This document shows positions 1 to 9,842 of a stretch of DNA of 34,817 bases, one piece after another. Position 1 is the stretch's first letter, and each line of letters begins with the position of its first letter. The position numbers were made by a program, and so were the translations under genes. The notes beneath the pieces were generated by a model, which worked only from the letters and a program-made list of their open reading frames with translations, was not told where the DNA came from and made no database searches. This DNA comes from Pacificimonas sp. (GTDB lineage Bacteria > Pseudomonadota > Alphaproteobacteria > Sphingomonadales > Sphingomonadaceae). The stretch is from NCBI GenBank assembly GCA_049683075.1, contig JBAUIQ010000303.1:1-34817 (forward strand). The letters run 5' to 3'.

Positions 1-2
1 CC

Positions 3-410
3 TCCGGCTGGACTGGAAATCCGAGCTTTACCGACGATGCTTTTGATGGCTTCTTCGAAGCCTCTGGCGGCGTTCCCCGCCGGCTAAATACTGTAGCTTC
101 CCGCGCCCTGATGGCGGCGGCCTTCGACGGCGTGACGGAAATCGATGGCGCCCTGGTCGGCGACGTGGTCAGCGATCTGGAGGCTGATAACGCGATGCCT
201 CAGCGCGACAGTTTCCATCAGCAAGTCAACGCCGTCACGCAGAAAAGCGTCGAATCGGAATCGGAACTTCGCCTGCTGACGCGTCGTCTCGATGCGCATG
301 ACCGGGTGATCAAACAGCTCCTGTCTCTGGTGTCGGAACTCAGCGAGCAGGTCGAAGCACAGGCCGCTGCGCAAGGCAGTGTGACGTCCATGGGCAATGC
401 GGCGGAATGA
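3..410 (+). CDS. XrtA/PEP-CTERM system-associated ATPase (ExeA-like), C-terminal part; 5' end lies outside the window
   Basis: Frame is open from position 3: SGWTGNPSFTDDAFDGFFEASGGVPRRLNTVASRALM..., an ExeA-type 'SGGxPRxxN' motif followed by a coiled-coil-like tail. Stop overlaps the deacetylase start (ATGA). Position matches exosortase A loci. Confidence 0.8.
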   Translation, partial: SGWTGNPSFTDDAFDGFFEASGGVPRRLNTVASRALMAAAFDGVTEIDGALVGDVVSDLEADNAMPQRDSFHQQVNAVTQKSVESESELRLLTRRLDAHDRVIKQLLSLVSELSEQVEAQAAAQGSVTSMGNAAE

Positions 411-1279
411 AGGTGCCGTCGTCATCCTCAGTCGTGAATGCGATGTCCGTCGACGTGGAGGAGCATTTCCAGGTCGGCGCCTTCGAGAATGTGATCGAGC
501 GCGGCGAATGGAAAGCGCATCGCAGCCGGGTCGAGGCCAATACGCGCCGCTGTCTCGATATGTTCGAGGCAAATGATGTCGTCGCAACGTTTTTCACGCT
601 CGGCTGGGTGGCTGAACGTCTTCCTTCACTGATCCGGGAGATCGTGACGCGCGGTCACGAGATCGCCAGTCACGGCTACGGCCACGACCGCGTTCATGGC
701 TTTACCGCAGAGGAGTTCCGGGCCGACCTTCGAAAGGCGAAAGCGCTGATCGAAGATGCGGCGGGCATCGCCGTCCGCGGCTACCGGGCGCCGAGCTTTT
801 CGATCGGGAAGACCAATGCCTGGGCGCTCGATGTCCTTGCTGAGGAAGGCTACGCCTATTCGTCGTCGGTCGCCCCGATCCAGTCGGACCATTATGGTTG
901 GCCGGAAGCGCCACGCTTTCCACACAAGCCCGTGCGCGGCAGCGAAATGCTCGAAATTCCCGTCACGACCGTCGAATATGCCGGTCGGCGTATGGCCTGC
1001 GGTGGCGGTGGTTTCTTCAGGCTCTTGCCCTATCGCTTTTCCAGCTGGGCGATCGACCGGGTCAACCGCGAAGACGGCGAGGCCGTCGTTTTCTACTTCC
1101 ATCCGTGGGAGATCGATCCGGATCAGCCCCGCATAGAAGGCGCATCGCTGAAATCGCGTGTCCGGCACTACACCAATCTCGATGTGATGCAGGCAAAGCT
1201 GGAGCGTGTCCTGTCGCGCTTCCGCTGGGGCCGCATGGACGATGTTTTCCTCCCGTCGGCGCGAGCGCAGGCGGCCTGA
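407..1279 (+). CDS. XrtA system polysaccharide deacetylase (CE4/NodB-like, with DUF3473-type C-terminus)
   Basis: Motifs NAMSVDVEE, ATFFTLGWVAER, HEIASHG, GYRAPSFSI, FYFHPWEIDPDQP; exosortase A context. Confidence 0.9.
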   Translation: MKVPSSSSVVNAMSVDVEEHFQVGAFENVIERGEWKAHRSRVEANTRRCLDMFEANDVVATFFTLGWVAERLPSLIREIVTRGHEIASHGYGHDRVHGFTAEEFRADLRKAKALIEDAAGIAVRGYRAPSFSIGKTNAWALDVLAEEGYAYSSSVAPIQSDHYGWPEAPRFPHKPVRGSEMLEIPVTTVEYAGRRMACGGGGFFRLLPYRFSSWAIDRVNREDGEAVVFYFHPWEIDPDQPRIEGASLKSRVRHYTNLDVMQAKLERVLSRFRWGRMDDVFLPSARAQAA

Positions 1280-1281
1280 CC

Positions 1282-2325
1282 GTGGCAATGGGGGAAAGTC
1301 AGCTTGCCGTCGGCGAAGATCCGGCGGCCTATGACGACTATGTCGACAGGCATGCCGATGCGTTGCCTTTTCACCGCCGGGCATGGGGCGACGCCGTCGC
1401 AGCGGCTTGCGGACATTGCGCTCACCACCTCGTTGCAATGCGCGAGGGGACCCCGGTCGGCGTATTGCCGCTGACGCAGATAAGTTCTCTTTTGTTCGGA
1501 AAATCACTCGTATCGAACGGGTTTGCCGTCGAGGGCGGACCCCTGTTCGATGATCGCGACGCGCTGGCGGCCCTCGATGACGCGGCGTGGCGGCTCGCGA
1601 CTGGCTCGGGCATCGACGCGCTGGAATATCGAACGGCAACGCCCTTACATAATGACTGGGCGCAGAAAGATGGCGTCTATGCCGGCTTTGTTCGTGAGAT
1701 TCTGCCGGAAGAGGACGCGAATCTAAAGGCTGTGCCGCGTAAGCAGCGGGCCGAAATTCGAAAGTCCCTTAAAAACGATCTGACCGTCGAAATCGGAAAC
1801 GACGCGCGGGCGCAGAACCTTCACTACGATATCTATGCGATGAGCGTCCGAAACCTTGGGACGCCAGTGTTTCCGCGCGCTCTGTTCCGCGAGATTTTAC
1901 AGCGTTTCGGCGACGACGCCGATATCCTGACGGTGCTGAAGGACGGTGACCCCATCGCATCCGTGCTCTCCGTCTACCATCGCGGCACCGTCTATCCCTA
2001 CTGGGGCGGCGGCACCGTCGCCGCTCGCGGTCTGCGCGCCAATGAGCATATGTACTGGATGCTGATGGAGCATGCGCGCCAGCGCGGATGCACGGCCTTC
2101 GACTTCGGCCGTTCAAAGGTCGGGACTGGCCCGTATGCCTATAAGAAGAACTGGGGCTTCGAACCGAAGCCGCTGACGTACGAATATCGCCTTGCCGACG
2201 GGGCGGAGATGCCGGACCTCAATCCGAACAGCCCGAAATTCAAGGCGCTGACGAATATCTGGCGGAAATTGCCACTGCCGATCGCCAATGCGGTCGGCCC
2301 GCACATCGCCAAGGCGCTCGGCTGA
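1282..2325 (+). CDS. FemAB-related XrtA/PEP-CTERM system protein (GNAT-like)
   Basis: Motifs PRKQRAEIRK, SVRNLGTPVFP, YPYWGGG, FDFGRSKVGTG, YKKNWGF. Real start is probably GTG 1282 or ATG 1288; the longer track ORF from 898 overlaps the deacetylase. Confidence 0.88.
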   Translation: MAMGESQLAVGEDPAAYDDYVDRHADALPFHRRAWGDAVAAACGHCAHHLVAMREGTPVGVLPLTQISSLLFGKSLVSNGFAVEGGPLFDDRDALAALDDAAWRLATGSGIDALEYRTATPLHNDWAQKDGVYAGFVREILPEEDANLKAVPRKQRAEIRKSLKNDLTVEIGNDARAQNLHYDIYAMSVRNLGTPVFPRALFREILQRFGDDADILTVLKDGDPIASVLSVYHRGTVYPYWGGGTVAARGLRANEHMYWMLMEHARQRGCTAFDFGRSKVGTGPYAYKKNWGFEPKPLTYEYRLADGAEMPDLNPNSPKFKALTNIWRKLPLPIANAVGPHIAKALG

Positions 2326-3563
2326 TGTCGAAGCCGGAGCTCCTGTTTCTCGCGCATCGCATTCCTTATCCGCCGGACAAGGGCGACAAGATCCGTTCCT
2401 GGAATATCCTCCGCCATCTAGCGGAAACGTTCGACGTTCATCTGGGGGCGTTTGTCGACGACCCGGAAGACCGCGATCATGAGGCGTTCCTTAGGACAGT
2501 CTGCAAGCAGGTCTTCCTCCTCGACATGAAGCCGTCGGCGCGGCTGCCTCGTCTTCTAAATGGCCTTCGCACCGGGCGCCCGCTGTCGATCGCGGCGTGG
2601 GATGACCGGCGGATGCAGGACTTTGCGAGCGGGTTGCTTGATCGCGGCGGCATCGAACACGTCTTCGTGTTTTCGGGCCAAATGGCTCCATATGCCCTGA
2701 AGCATTCGGGCCGGTCGCGAATGATTATGATGGACTTCGTCGACATCGATTCCGACAAGTTCCGGCAGTATGCGCGCCAGGCAAAATGGCCAATGACCAA
2801 GGTGCATGAGCGAGAGGCGGACCTCCTGTCGCAGTTCGAGAAGCACGTCGCGCGCAATGTGGATGCCAGCCTCTTCGTATCGAACGCGGAAGCCGAACTG
2901 TTCAAGAGTTACGCCGGGTCGTACGCCCACACGGTCTACGCATTGCATAATGGTGTCGACCTGGAGTTCTTTAGTCCCGACGCCGATTTTACGCCGCTAT
3001 CTCTCCCGGGGTCGCCAAGCCTCGTGATGACGGGGGCGATGGACTATAGGCCGAACATCGATGCCGCGATCTGGATGGCAAAGGCGATCTTGCCCCTGGT
3101 CCGCCAGCGCCATCCGGACGCCACGTTCACGATCGTCGGATCGAAACCGACCAATGACGTGAAGGCACTCGACACCAAGCCGGGCGTCACGGTGACTGGG
3201 CGCGTCGACGATGTCCGGCCATATTTGGCCGCCGCCGATATTGCAGTCGCGCCCGTCCGCATCGCGCGCGGTGTTCAGAACAAGGTGCTGGAGGCAATGG
3301 CGATGGGCGTTCCTGTCGTTTCCACCGAGCCGGCATTCAGCGGGATCGATGCGGATCCGGGACGGGATCTTCTGGTGGCCGATCAACCGTCTCAATTTGC
3401 AGATGCCATCATTCGCCTTGCCGAGAGCGAAGCCGACCGTAAGATGTTAGGCGAGGCAGGCCGCGCTCAGATGGAAGCCCGCTATTCCTGGTCTCATCAG
3501 CTCTCGGAACTTGATGAGATCATCGAGCGTCACGACCGCGATCTTCGGAGGCATACACAATGA
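2325..3563 (+). CDS. GT4 glycosyltransferase of the PEP-CTERM/XrtA system (TIGR03087-type)
   Basis: N-terminal LFLAHRIPYPPDKGDKIRS; DFVDIDSDKF; GAMDYRPNIDA; RIARGVQNKVLEAMAMG. Confidence 0.9.
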   Translation: MSKPELLFLAHRIPYPPDKGDKIRSWNILRHLAETFDVHLGAFVDDPEDRDHEAFLRTVCKQVFLLDMKPSARLPRLLNGLRTGRPLSIAAWDDRRMQDFASGLLDRGGIEHVFVFSGQMAPYALKHSGRSRMIMMDFVDIDSDKFRQYARQAKWPMTKVHEREADLLSQFEKHVARNVDASLFVSNAEAELFKSYAGSYAHTVYALHNGVDLEFFSPDADFTPLSLPGSPSLVMTGAMDYRPNIDAAIWMAKAILPLVRQRHPDATFTIVGSKPTNDVKALDTKPGVTVTGRVDDVRPYLAAADIAVAPVRIARGVQNKVLEAMAMGVPVVSTEPAFSGIDADPGRDLLVADQPSQFADAIIRLAESEADRKMLGEAGRAQMEARYSWSHQLSELDEIIERHDRDLRRHTQ

Positions 3564-5119
3564 ACGTCGCCGCAACTGTCGATACAACGTCCCTCTCGGA
3601 CGATCGCACGAAGATTGCCGTCGATCCCGCCTGGCGCATGTCGGTCTTATGCTGGGTGGCGGTCATGGTCGCCATTGCCGGGCTGTTCTGGAAGGACACG
3701 CTTCACATAGTCGAGATCTGGTGGAACGACAGCATCTATGCGCATTGCCTGCTGATCCCGCCGGTCATCGCCTGGCTTGTTTGGCAGCGAAAACCAGAAC
3801 TTAGCGAGCTGACGCCGCGGCCGTTTTTACCGGCGGCCATTCTCTTCGCTATCGGTGGCTTTGGCTGGCTGCTCGGAGAGCTGGCGGGTGTCGCTCTTGT
3901 TCGGCACACTGCGGTCATCGGTCTTATGATGGTCAGCGTGCCGCTGGTTTTTGGCCTCACCGTTACACGTGGCCTCGCCTTTCCGCTGTTCTACGCGATT
4001 TTCATGATCCCGTTCGGTGAAGAGCTGATCCCCGCGCTTCAGATGATCACCGCTGACATGTGCATTTGGCTTCTCGATGTATTCGAGGTGCCCGCGTACA
4101 TTGATGGTGTCTTCATTATGATACCGAACGGCTCATTCGAAGTGGCAGAGGCCTGTTCTGGCGTTCGTTTCCTCATCGCCATGGTCGCGTTCTCGACGCT
4201 CGTTGCTCATCTCTGCTTTCGCACCACCATCCGGCGCATCATTTGTGTTGTCAGCGCGATCGTCCTGGCAATTGTGGCCAATGGAATTCGCGCCTGGGGC
4301 ACTATCTATATTTCGCACCTGACCACGCCGCAGTTCGCGGCAGGGGTCGATCATGTCATCTATGGCTGGGTATTCTTCGCAATCATCATGGCCATCGTGC
4401 TCGGCGTGGGCTGGTTCTTTTTCGATCGTCCCGTCGATGACCCTGCATTTGATCCGGTAAGCCTGCAGCCGACGCCGATCCCGACGCCACAGCCATCGCG
4501 TATCATGACGGCGGCAGGTCTTGGCATCGTCCTCGCGGCCGCATCCCCCGCCTACTCCGCCTTCATCGTCGACCGCGCACCGGACAGTGTCACGACGGCC
4601 GTTGCCATGCCGACCATCGACGGCTGGACGAAAGTCGAAAGTCGCGGTTCCGACTGGCGGCCACTTTACGACAATGCCTCGGCCAGCGCATGGCAGAGCT
4701 ACGAGAATCTAAATGGCGATGTCGTTGACCTGTTTATCGCCGTTTATGATCGTCAAACGTCCGACGTCGAGATGATCACCTATGGCAACGGTCTCTTGGA
4801 ACCAGATGGTGACTGGAGCTGGGGCCAGAACATCGCAAACTCGGCAGGCGGTCGCGGTGTCCAGCTGCAGCGCGTCCCATTTACGCGCGAGGTCTGGCAC
4901 TATTATGTCATTGGTGACCAGGTCACGGGTAGTGACTATGACGCGAAGCTGGCGACATTGGAAACGCGGCTGACTGGTGGGCCCACCCGCGCGGCAACGA
5001 TCGTGATCACGAACGAGCGTGTCAGTGGGCAGCCTGCGAATGTTGAAGCCATGGCGGCGTTCCGCGCCGCGCTGGGCGACCCGGTCGCGCTGATCGACCG
5101 CGTAGCGACTACGGACTGA
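3560..5119 (+). CDS. xrtA: Exosortase A with C-terminal EpsI-like domain
   Basis: Multi-pass membrane N-domain with Cys/Arg/His triad (EVAEACSGVR, ANGIRA, VDHVIYGWVFF), followed by a soluble EpsI-like domain. Confidence 0.9.
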   Translation: MNVAATVDTTSLSDDRTKIAVDPAWRMSVLCWVAVMVAIAGLFWKDTLHIVEIWWNDSIYAHCLLIPPVIAWLVWQRKPELSELTPRPFLPAAILFAIGGFGWLLGELAGVALVRHTAVIGLMMVSVPLVFGLTVTRGLAFPLFYAIFMIPFGEELIPALQMITADMCIWLLDVFEVPAYIDGVFIMIPNGSFEVAEACSGVRFLIAMVAFSTLVAHLCFRTTIRRIICVVSAIVLAIVANGIRAWGTIYISHLTTPQFAAGVDHVIYGWVFFAIIMAIVLGVGWFFFDRPVDDPAFDPVSLQPTPIPTPQPSRIMTAAGLGIVLAAASPAYSAFIVDRAPDSVTTAVAMPTIDGWTKVESRGSDWRPLYDNASASAWQSYENLNGDVVDLFIAVYDRQTSDVEMITYGNGLLEPDGDWSWGQNIANSAGGRGVQLQRVPFTREVWHYYVIGDQVTGSDYDAKLATLETRLTGGPTRAATIVITNERVSGQPANVEAMAAFRAALGDPVALIDRVATTD

Positions 5120-7008
5120 TGTGTGGGCTGACCGGCGTCTTCGACACGCGCGATCGCCGGACGCTGCCGCAGCCGGTACTGGACGCGATGACCGATGCCC
5201 TCGAACATCGCGGGCCTGACGGGCGAGGGACCTTCAACGAACCGGGCATCGCCCTTGGCCACCGACGGCTCTCGATTATCGACCTCGCGCGGGGCGAGCA
5301 GCCTATGGCGAGCGCGGATGGGCGTTACGTCATCGTTTTCAACGGCGAAATCTACAATTATCGCGATTTGAAGTCGGACCTCGAAGCGCTCGGTCACAGC
5401 TTCCGCTTCGATAGCGATACGGAGGTCTTGCTAGAGGCATGGCGCGCCTGGGGGCCGGAGATGTTGCCTCGGCTGGTCGGCATGTTCACAATTGCGATTT
5501 GGGACAAAGCCGAGCGGCAGTTATTCCTGGCGCGCGACCGCTTTGGTGTGAAGCCTCTTTACCTCGCGCACCTTGGTGAAGGTCGAACACTTTTCGGCAG
5601 CGAACTAAAAGCGTTGCTGGCCTATCCAAAACTCCCGCGCGATATCGACCCGCGCGCCATCGAGGATTATTTTGCCTATGGCTATGTGCCTGAGGACAAG
5701 AGCATCCTCACCGCCGTCACGAAACTCGCCCCTGCTCACTATCTGATTCTGAAGGACGGCCAGCCGCCTGCCGACCCCGTCCGCTATTGGGACATCGAAT
5801 TCGCATCACGTCATCGCGGATCGACCGCCAGCCTTGAGGCGGAGCTGCGCGACCGGCTTAAGGACGCGGTCGGCTCGCGCCTTGTCGCGGACGTCGAGGT
5901 CGCTGCCTTCCTGTCGGGCGGCGTCGACTCCTCCGCTGTCGTCGCCTTCATGGCGGGCGCGATGGACGGACGGTTCAAAAGCCTCTCCATCGGCTTCGAT
6001 GCGGAAGGTTTCGACGAAACCAGCCATGCGGCAATCGTTGCGCGTCGATACGATACGGACCATCACGTCCGGACAGTCTCGGCGAACGACCACGGTTTGA
6101 TCCCCACGCTCGCAAGAGCATTCGACGAGCCCTTTGCCGATGCGTCCGCGCTGCCGACCTATCGCGTCTGCGAACTTGCCCGCGAACATGTGAAAGTATC
6201 GCTGTCAGGCGACGGCGCGGACGAGGCGATGGCGGGATATCGCCGTTACAGACTGTTTCAGAACGAGGAGCGACTGCGGCGATTGGTGCCGGGCGTTCTT
6301 CGTCGGAAATTGTTTGGAAAGCTCGGCGAAAGCTGGCCCGAACTTCCCGCCGCGCCGCGCGCGTTCAGGGCGAAGTCGACATTTCAGGCACTCGCGATGT
6401 CGTCGGGCGAAGCCTATTACCATGCGGTGTCCGTGACGCGGGACGGTGAACGGACAAAGCTATTCTCGCCGAGCTTGCAGGATAGCCTGTCCGGCTACCG
6501 GGCGGCCGATCTCTATGCGGACACGTTTGCGAACGCGCCTGCAGAAAGTGCGCTAGGTCGCGCGCAGTATACGGATATTCGCCATTATCTTCCCAGCGAC
6601 ATCCTGACGAAGGTGGACCGTACGAGCATGGCCGTCAGCCTTGAAGCGCGCGAGCCGCTGCTCGATCACCGCTTGGTCGAGTGGATGGCGGGCCTCCCGC
6701 CGCGCGTCCGCCTGAAGGGCGGTGAGGGCAAGTGGCTCTTGAAAAGGGCGCTGAAGACCCACCTGCCCGACGACATTCTCTACCGGAAGAAGATGGGTTT
6801 CGTCGTGCCGATAGAGCGGTGGTTTCGAAAAGATCTCGCCGATCGGGCAGCTGCGCTGGCGAAGAAATCGCGCGTCGCCGACAGCGGCTGGTTCGACATG
6901 AACCGCTACGCCGCCCACGCCGCCGACCATCGCGACGGGAAGGGCGATCGCAGCCGCCTCATCTGGCAGATGCTCATGCTCGAAGAATCTCTCAGCGTCA
7001 TTGCTTAA
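5119..7008 (+). CDS. asnB: XrtA/PEP-CTERM system amidotransferase (asparagine synthase-like, glutamine-hydrolysing)
   Basis: N-terminal MCG (Ntn Cys), HRGPD, GHRRLSIID, FNGEIYN, FLSGGVDSS, LSGDGADE, KVDRTSMAVSLEAREP. Confidence 0.9.
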   Translation: MCGLTGVFDTRDRRTLPQPVLDAMTDALEHRGPDGRGTFNEPGIALGHRRLSIIDLARGEQPMASADGRYVIVFNGEIYNYRDLKSDLEALGHSFRFDSDTEVLLEAWRAWGPEMLPRLVGMFTIAIWDKAERQLFLARDRFGVKPLYLAHLGEGRTLFGSELKALLAYPKLPRDIDPRAIEDYFAYGYVPEDKSILTAVTKLAPAHYLILKDGQPPADPVRYWDIEFASRHRGSTASLEAELRDRLKDAVGSRLVADVEVAAFLSGGVDSSAVVAFMAGAMDGRFKSLSIGFDAEGFDETSHAAIVARRYDTDHHVRTVSANDHGLIPTLARAFDEPFADASALPTYRVCELAREHVKVSLSGDGADEAMAGYRRYRLFQNEERLRRLVPGVLRRKLFGKLGESWPELPAAPRAFRAKSTFQALAMSSGEAYYHAVSVTRDGERTKLFSPSLQDSLSGYRAADLYADTFANAPAESALGRAQYTDIRHYLPSDILTKVDRTSMAVSLEAREPLLDHRLVEWMAGLPPRVRLKGGEGKWLLKRALKTHLPDDILYRKKMGFVVPIERWFRKDLADRAAALAKKSRVADSGWFDMNRYAAHAADHRDGKGDRSRLIWQMLMLEESLSVIA

Positions 7009-7027
7009 GACCGGAATTCGACCGGTC
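7009..7027. terminator. Short hairpin between the convergent asnB-like gene and gltA (possible bidirectional pause/terminator)
   Basis: GACCGG-AATTCGA-CCGGTC, a 6-bp inverted repeat immediately after the asnB stop; no U-tract. Confidence 0.35.
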
Positions 7028-7037
7028 CTAACAATGT

Positions 7038-8324
7038 CTACCGCTTGTCGAGCGCCACATATTCGCGCTGTTCCGGCCCCGTATAGAGCTGGCGCGGGCG
7101 ACCGATGCGCTGAGCGGGATCTTCGATCATCTCGTTCCACTGCGCGACCCAACCGACGGTACGGGCAAGCGCAAAGAGGGCGGTGAACATCGACGTGGGG
7201 AAGCCGATCGCGCTGAGAATGATGCCCGAGTAGAAGTCGACGTTCGGAAACAGCTTCTTTTCCGCGAAATAATCGTCGTTCAGCGCCATTTCTTCGAGCT
7301 CGAGAGCCACGTCGAAGACGGGATCACTGACGCCCAAAGAACCAAGAACTTCGCGGACCGTTTTGCGCATCACCGTCGCGCGTGGATCGTAGTTCTTGTA
7401 GACGCGGTGACCGAAGCCCATCAGGCGGAACGGGTCGTCCTTGTTCTTCGCGCGCTCGATATATTCCGGGATCGCGGACGGATGGCCGATTTCCTTCAGC
7501 ATATTCAGCGCGGCCTCGTTCGCGCCGCCATGCGCCGGGCCCCAGAGGCACGCGATGCCCGCTGCGATACAGGCGAATGGATTCGCGCCCGACGAGCCGG
7601 CAAGGCGAACCGTCGATGTCGAGGCGTTCTGTTCGTGGTCCGCATGCAGAATGAAGATGCGATCCAGCGCGCGTTCGACGATTGGATCGACTTCATACTT
7701 CTCCGCGGGGACGCCAAACGTCATGCGGAGGAAGTTGCCCGTGTAGCTGAGATCGTTGTCCGGATAGAGAAACGGCTGACCGACGGCATATTTATAGGCC
7801 ATCGCGGCAATGGTTGGCATTTTCGCAATCATGCGGTGCGAGGCGATCTTGCGTTGCACCGGATCGTTGATGTCGGTGGAATCGTGGTAGAAAGCCGACA
7901 TCGAGCCAACGACGCCGCACATGATCGCCATCGGGTGCGCGTCACGCCGAAAGCCATTGTAAAGCGTCTTCAGCTGCTCATGCACCATCGTGTGTAAAGT
8001 GATCGTGCGCGTGAAGTCGTCATATTCGTCTGGCGTCGGCAGCTCACCGTTCAGGAGCAGATATGCCGTTTCCATGAACGTTGAGTCTTCGGAAAGATCC
8101 TCAATCGAATAGCCGCGATGAAGAAGAACGCCCTCTTCACCGTCGATATAAGTCAGCTTGGATTCGCAGGACGCGGTCGACGTGAAACCGGGATCGTAAG
8201 TGAAGCGGCCGCTGTCTTTGTAAAGAGCGCGAATATCGACGACGTCCGGACCGATGGTCCCTTCGTGAACGGGGAAATCGACCGTCTCGGTCCCAAGGTC
8301 CAGTTTCGCCGTTTTCTCGTTCAT
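7038..8324 (-). CDS. gltA: Citrate synthase (type II)
   Basis: [63 protein letters not shown]. Start ATG 8324 has a GGAG RBS. Confidence 0.97.
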   Translation of the reverse strand: MNEKTAKLDLGTETVDFPVHEGTIGPDVVDIRALYKDSGRFTYDPGFTSTASCESKLTYIDGEEGVLLHRGYSIEDLSEDSTFMETAYLLLNGELPTPDEYDDFTRTITLHTMVHEQLKTLYNGFRRDAHPMAIMCGVVGSMSAFYHDSTDINDPVQRKIASHRMIAKMPTIAAMAYKYAVGQPFLYPDNDLSYTGNFLRMTFGVPAEKYEVDPIVERALDRIFILHADHEQNASTSTVRLAGSSGANPFACIAAGIACLWGPAHGGANEAALNMLKEIGHPSAIPEYIERAKNKDDPFRLMGFGHRVYKNYDPRATVMRKTVREVLGSLGVSDPVFDVALELEEMALNDDYFAEKKLFPNVDFYSGIILSAIGFPTSMFTALFALARTVGWVAQWNEMIEDPAQRIGRPRQLYTGPEQREYVALDKR

Positions 8325-8355
8325 GTCTGCTCCATCGTCGATGCGGCCGTGAACC

Positions 8356-9777
8356 TCACAGCCTGTCTTCAATTCGTGCGAGGCTTTCCTCGCGGCCCAG
8401 CCGTTCGAGCATCTCGAACACCCCCGGCGATACCGTGCGGCCGGTCAGCGCCGCCCGAAGTGGCTGCGCTATCTTGCCCAGGCCAACCTCTTCGGCTTCA
8501 GCCAGAATACGAAGCCGCTCGCCGAGCGGTTCCGCGCGCCAGTCGTCGACCTCCTGAAGGGCGGCAAAGGCCTTGCCCAAAAGCTGCCCGCCATCGTTCT
8601 CTATCAGACTGGCCGCCTTTTCGTCGAGGTTTAAGGGGCGGGTGCGAAACAGAAAAAGGGCGCCGTCGGCTAACTCATTGATTGTTTTAGCTCTCGGCTG
8701 CAGATCTGGGATTGTGCTTTGCAGCATTTCATCGTCGGCCGACGTCAACTGGCGGCCAATTTCCGCTTCGATCAGCGGTTTCGCCAACGCCGCGAGGCGG
8801 TCCGGCTCACCTTCCCTGATATACTGACCGTTCAGATTGGTCAGCTTCTTGATGTCGAAGCGTGCTGGATTCTTCCCGATCCCCTTGAAGCCGAAGAGCT
8901 CCATCGCGCGCTTGCGCCCGATCTTGTCCTCATCCTCATGACCCCAGCCAAGGCGAAGCAGATAGTTCTCTAAGGCTTCGGGCAGAAAGCCCATGTCGCG
9001 ATAGGCCTCGACGCCGAGAGCGCCGTGCCGCTTCGACAGTTTCGCGCCGTCGGCGCCGTGGATGAGAGGGACATGTGCCCATATCGGCAGGTCCCAGTTC
9101 ATGGCTTCGATGATGACCCGTTGACGAAAAGCGTTGTTCAGATGGTCATCGCCGCGAATGAGATGCGTGACGCCCATGTCATGGTCGTCGACGACGACAG
9201 CGAGCATATAGGTTGGCGAGCCATCGGAGCGCAGAAGTATGAAATCGTCGAGCTCGGCATTCGGAACCGTGACCTCGCCCTGCACGGCGTCGTGGATGGT
9301 CGTCGTGCCCTCCTTTGGCGCCTTGATGCGCACCGTGAAGGGCGTGCCCGTCGGCGCTTCCGACGGATCGCGATCGCGCCAGCGGCCGTCATAGCGGACG
9401 GGTCGCTTTTCGGCGCGCGCCGTCTCACGCATTTCGGTCAATTCGTCAGGGGTCGCGTAGCAGCGGTAGGCTGCGCCCGAGGCCAGCAACGCATTTGCGA
9501 CTTCGGCGTGGCGGTCGGCGCGCGCGGACTGGTAAATCTCTTCGCCATCCCAATCGAGGCCGAGCCAACGCATGCCGCTCAAAATGGCCGCGATTGCGTC
9601 GTCGGTTGAACGGGCCTTGTCGGTATCCTCGATGCGCAATGTGAACTTTCCGCCATTCGCCTTTGCGAACAGATAGTTGAACAGTGCCGTCCGGGCACCG
9701 CCAATGTGGAGATATCCTGTTGGCGACGGCGCGAAGCGCGTCACGATAGGGGCGGTCACGCCGCTTGCGTTCATCAT
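8356..9777 (-). CDS. gltX: Glutamate--tRNA ligase
   Basis: [14 protein letters not shown] (HIGH-like), [12 protein letters not shown] (KMSKS-like), anticodon-binding domain with PLRAALTG. Confidence 0.96.
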   Translation of the reverse strand: MMNASGVTAPIVTRFAPSPTGYLHIGGARTALFNYLFAKANGGKFTLRIEDTDKARSTDDAIAAILSGMRWLGLDWDGEEIYQSARADRHAEVANALLASGAAYRCYATPDELTEMRETARAEKRPVRYDGRWRDRDPSEAPTGTPFTVRIKAPKEGTTTIHDAVQGEVTVPNAELDDFILLRSDGSPTYMLAVVVDDHDMGVTHLIRGDDHLNNAFRQRVIIEAMNWDLPIWAHVPLIHGADGAKLSKRHGALGVEAYRDMGFLPEALENYLLRLGWGHEDEDKIGRKRAMELFGFKGIGKNPARFDIKKLTNLNGQYIREGEPDRLAALAKPLIEAEIGRQLTSADDEMLQSTIPDLQPRAKTINELADGALFLFRTRPLNLDEKAASLIENDGGQLLGKAFAALQEVDDWRAEPLGERLRILAEAEEVGLGKIAQPLRAALTGRTVSPGVFEMLERLGREESLARIEDRL

Positions 9778-9842
9778 GGTCCCCGGGGAATGGAGCGGTT
9801 GAAAGTCTGTTTGTCCGAGCGGGAAGGGGCGGGGACGACGCG

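Noticed and set aside
898..1281. N-terminal extension of the FemAB-like ORF in the track
   Set aside because: It overlaps the deacetylase out of frame and is Arg-rich with no motifs; family-like sequence starts only after 1282.
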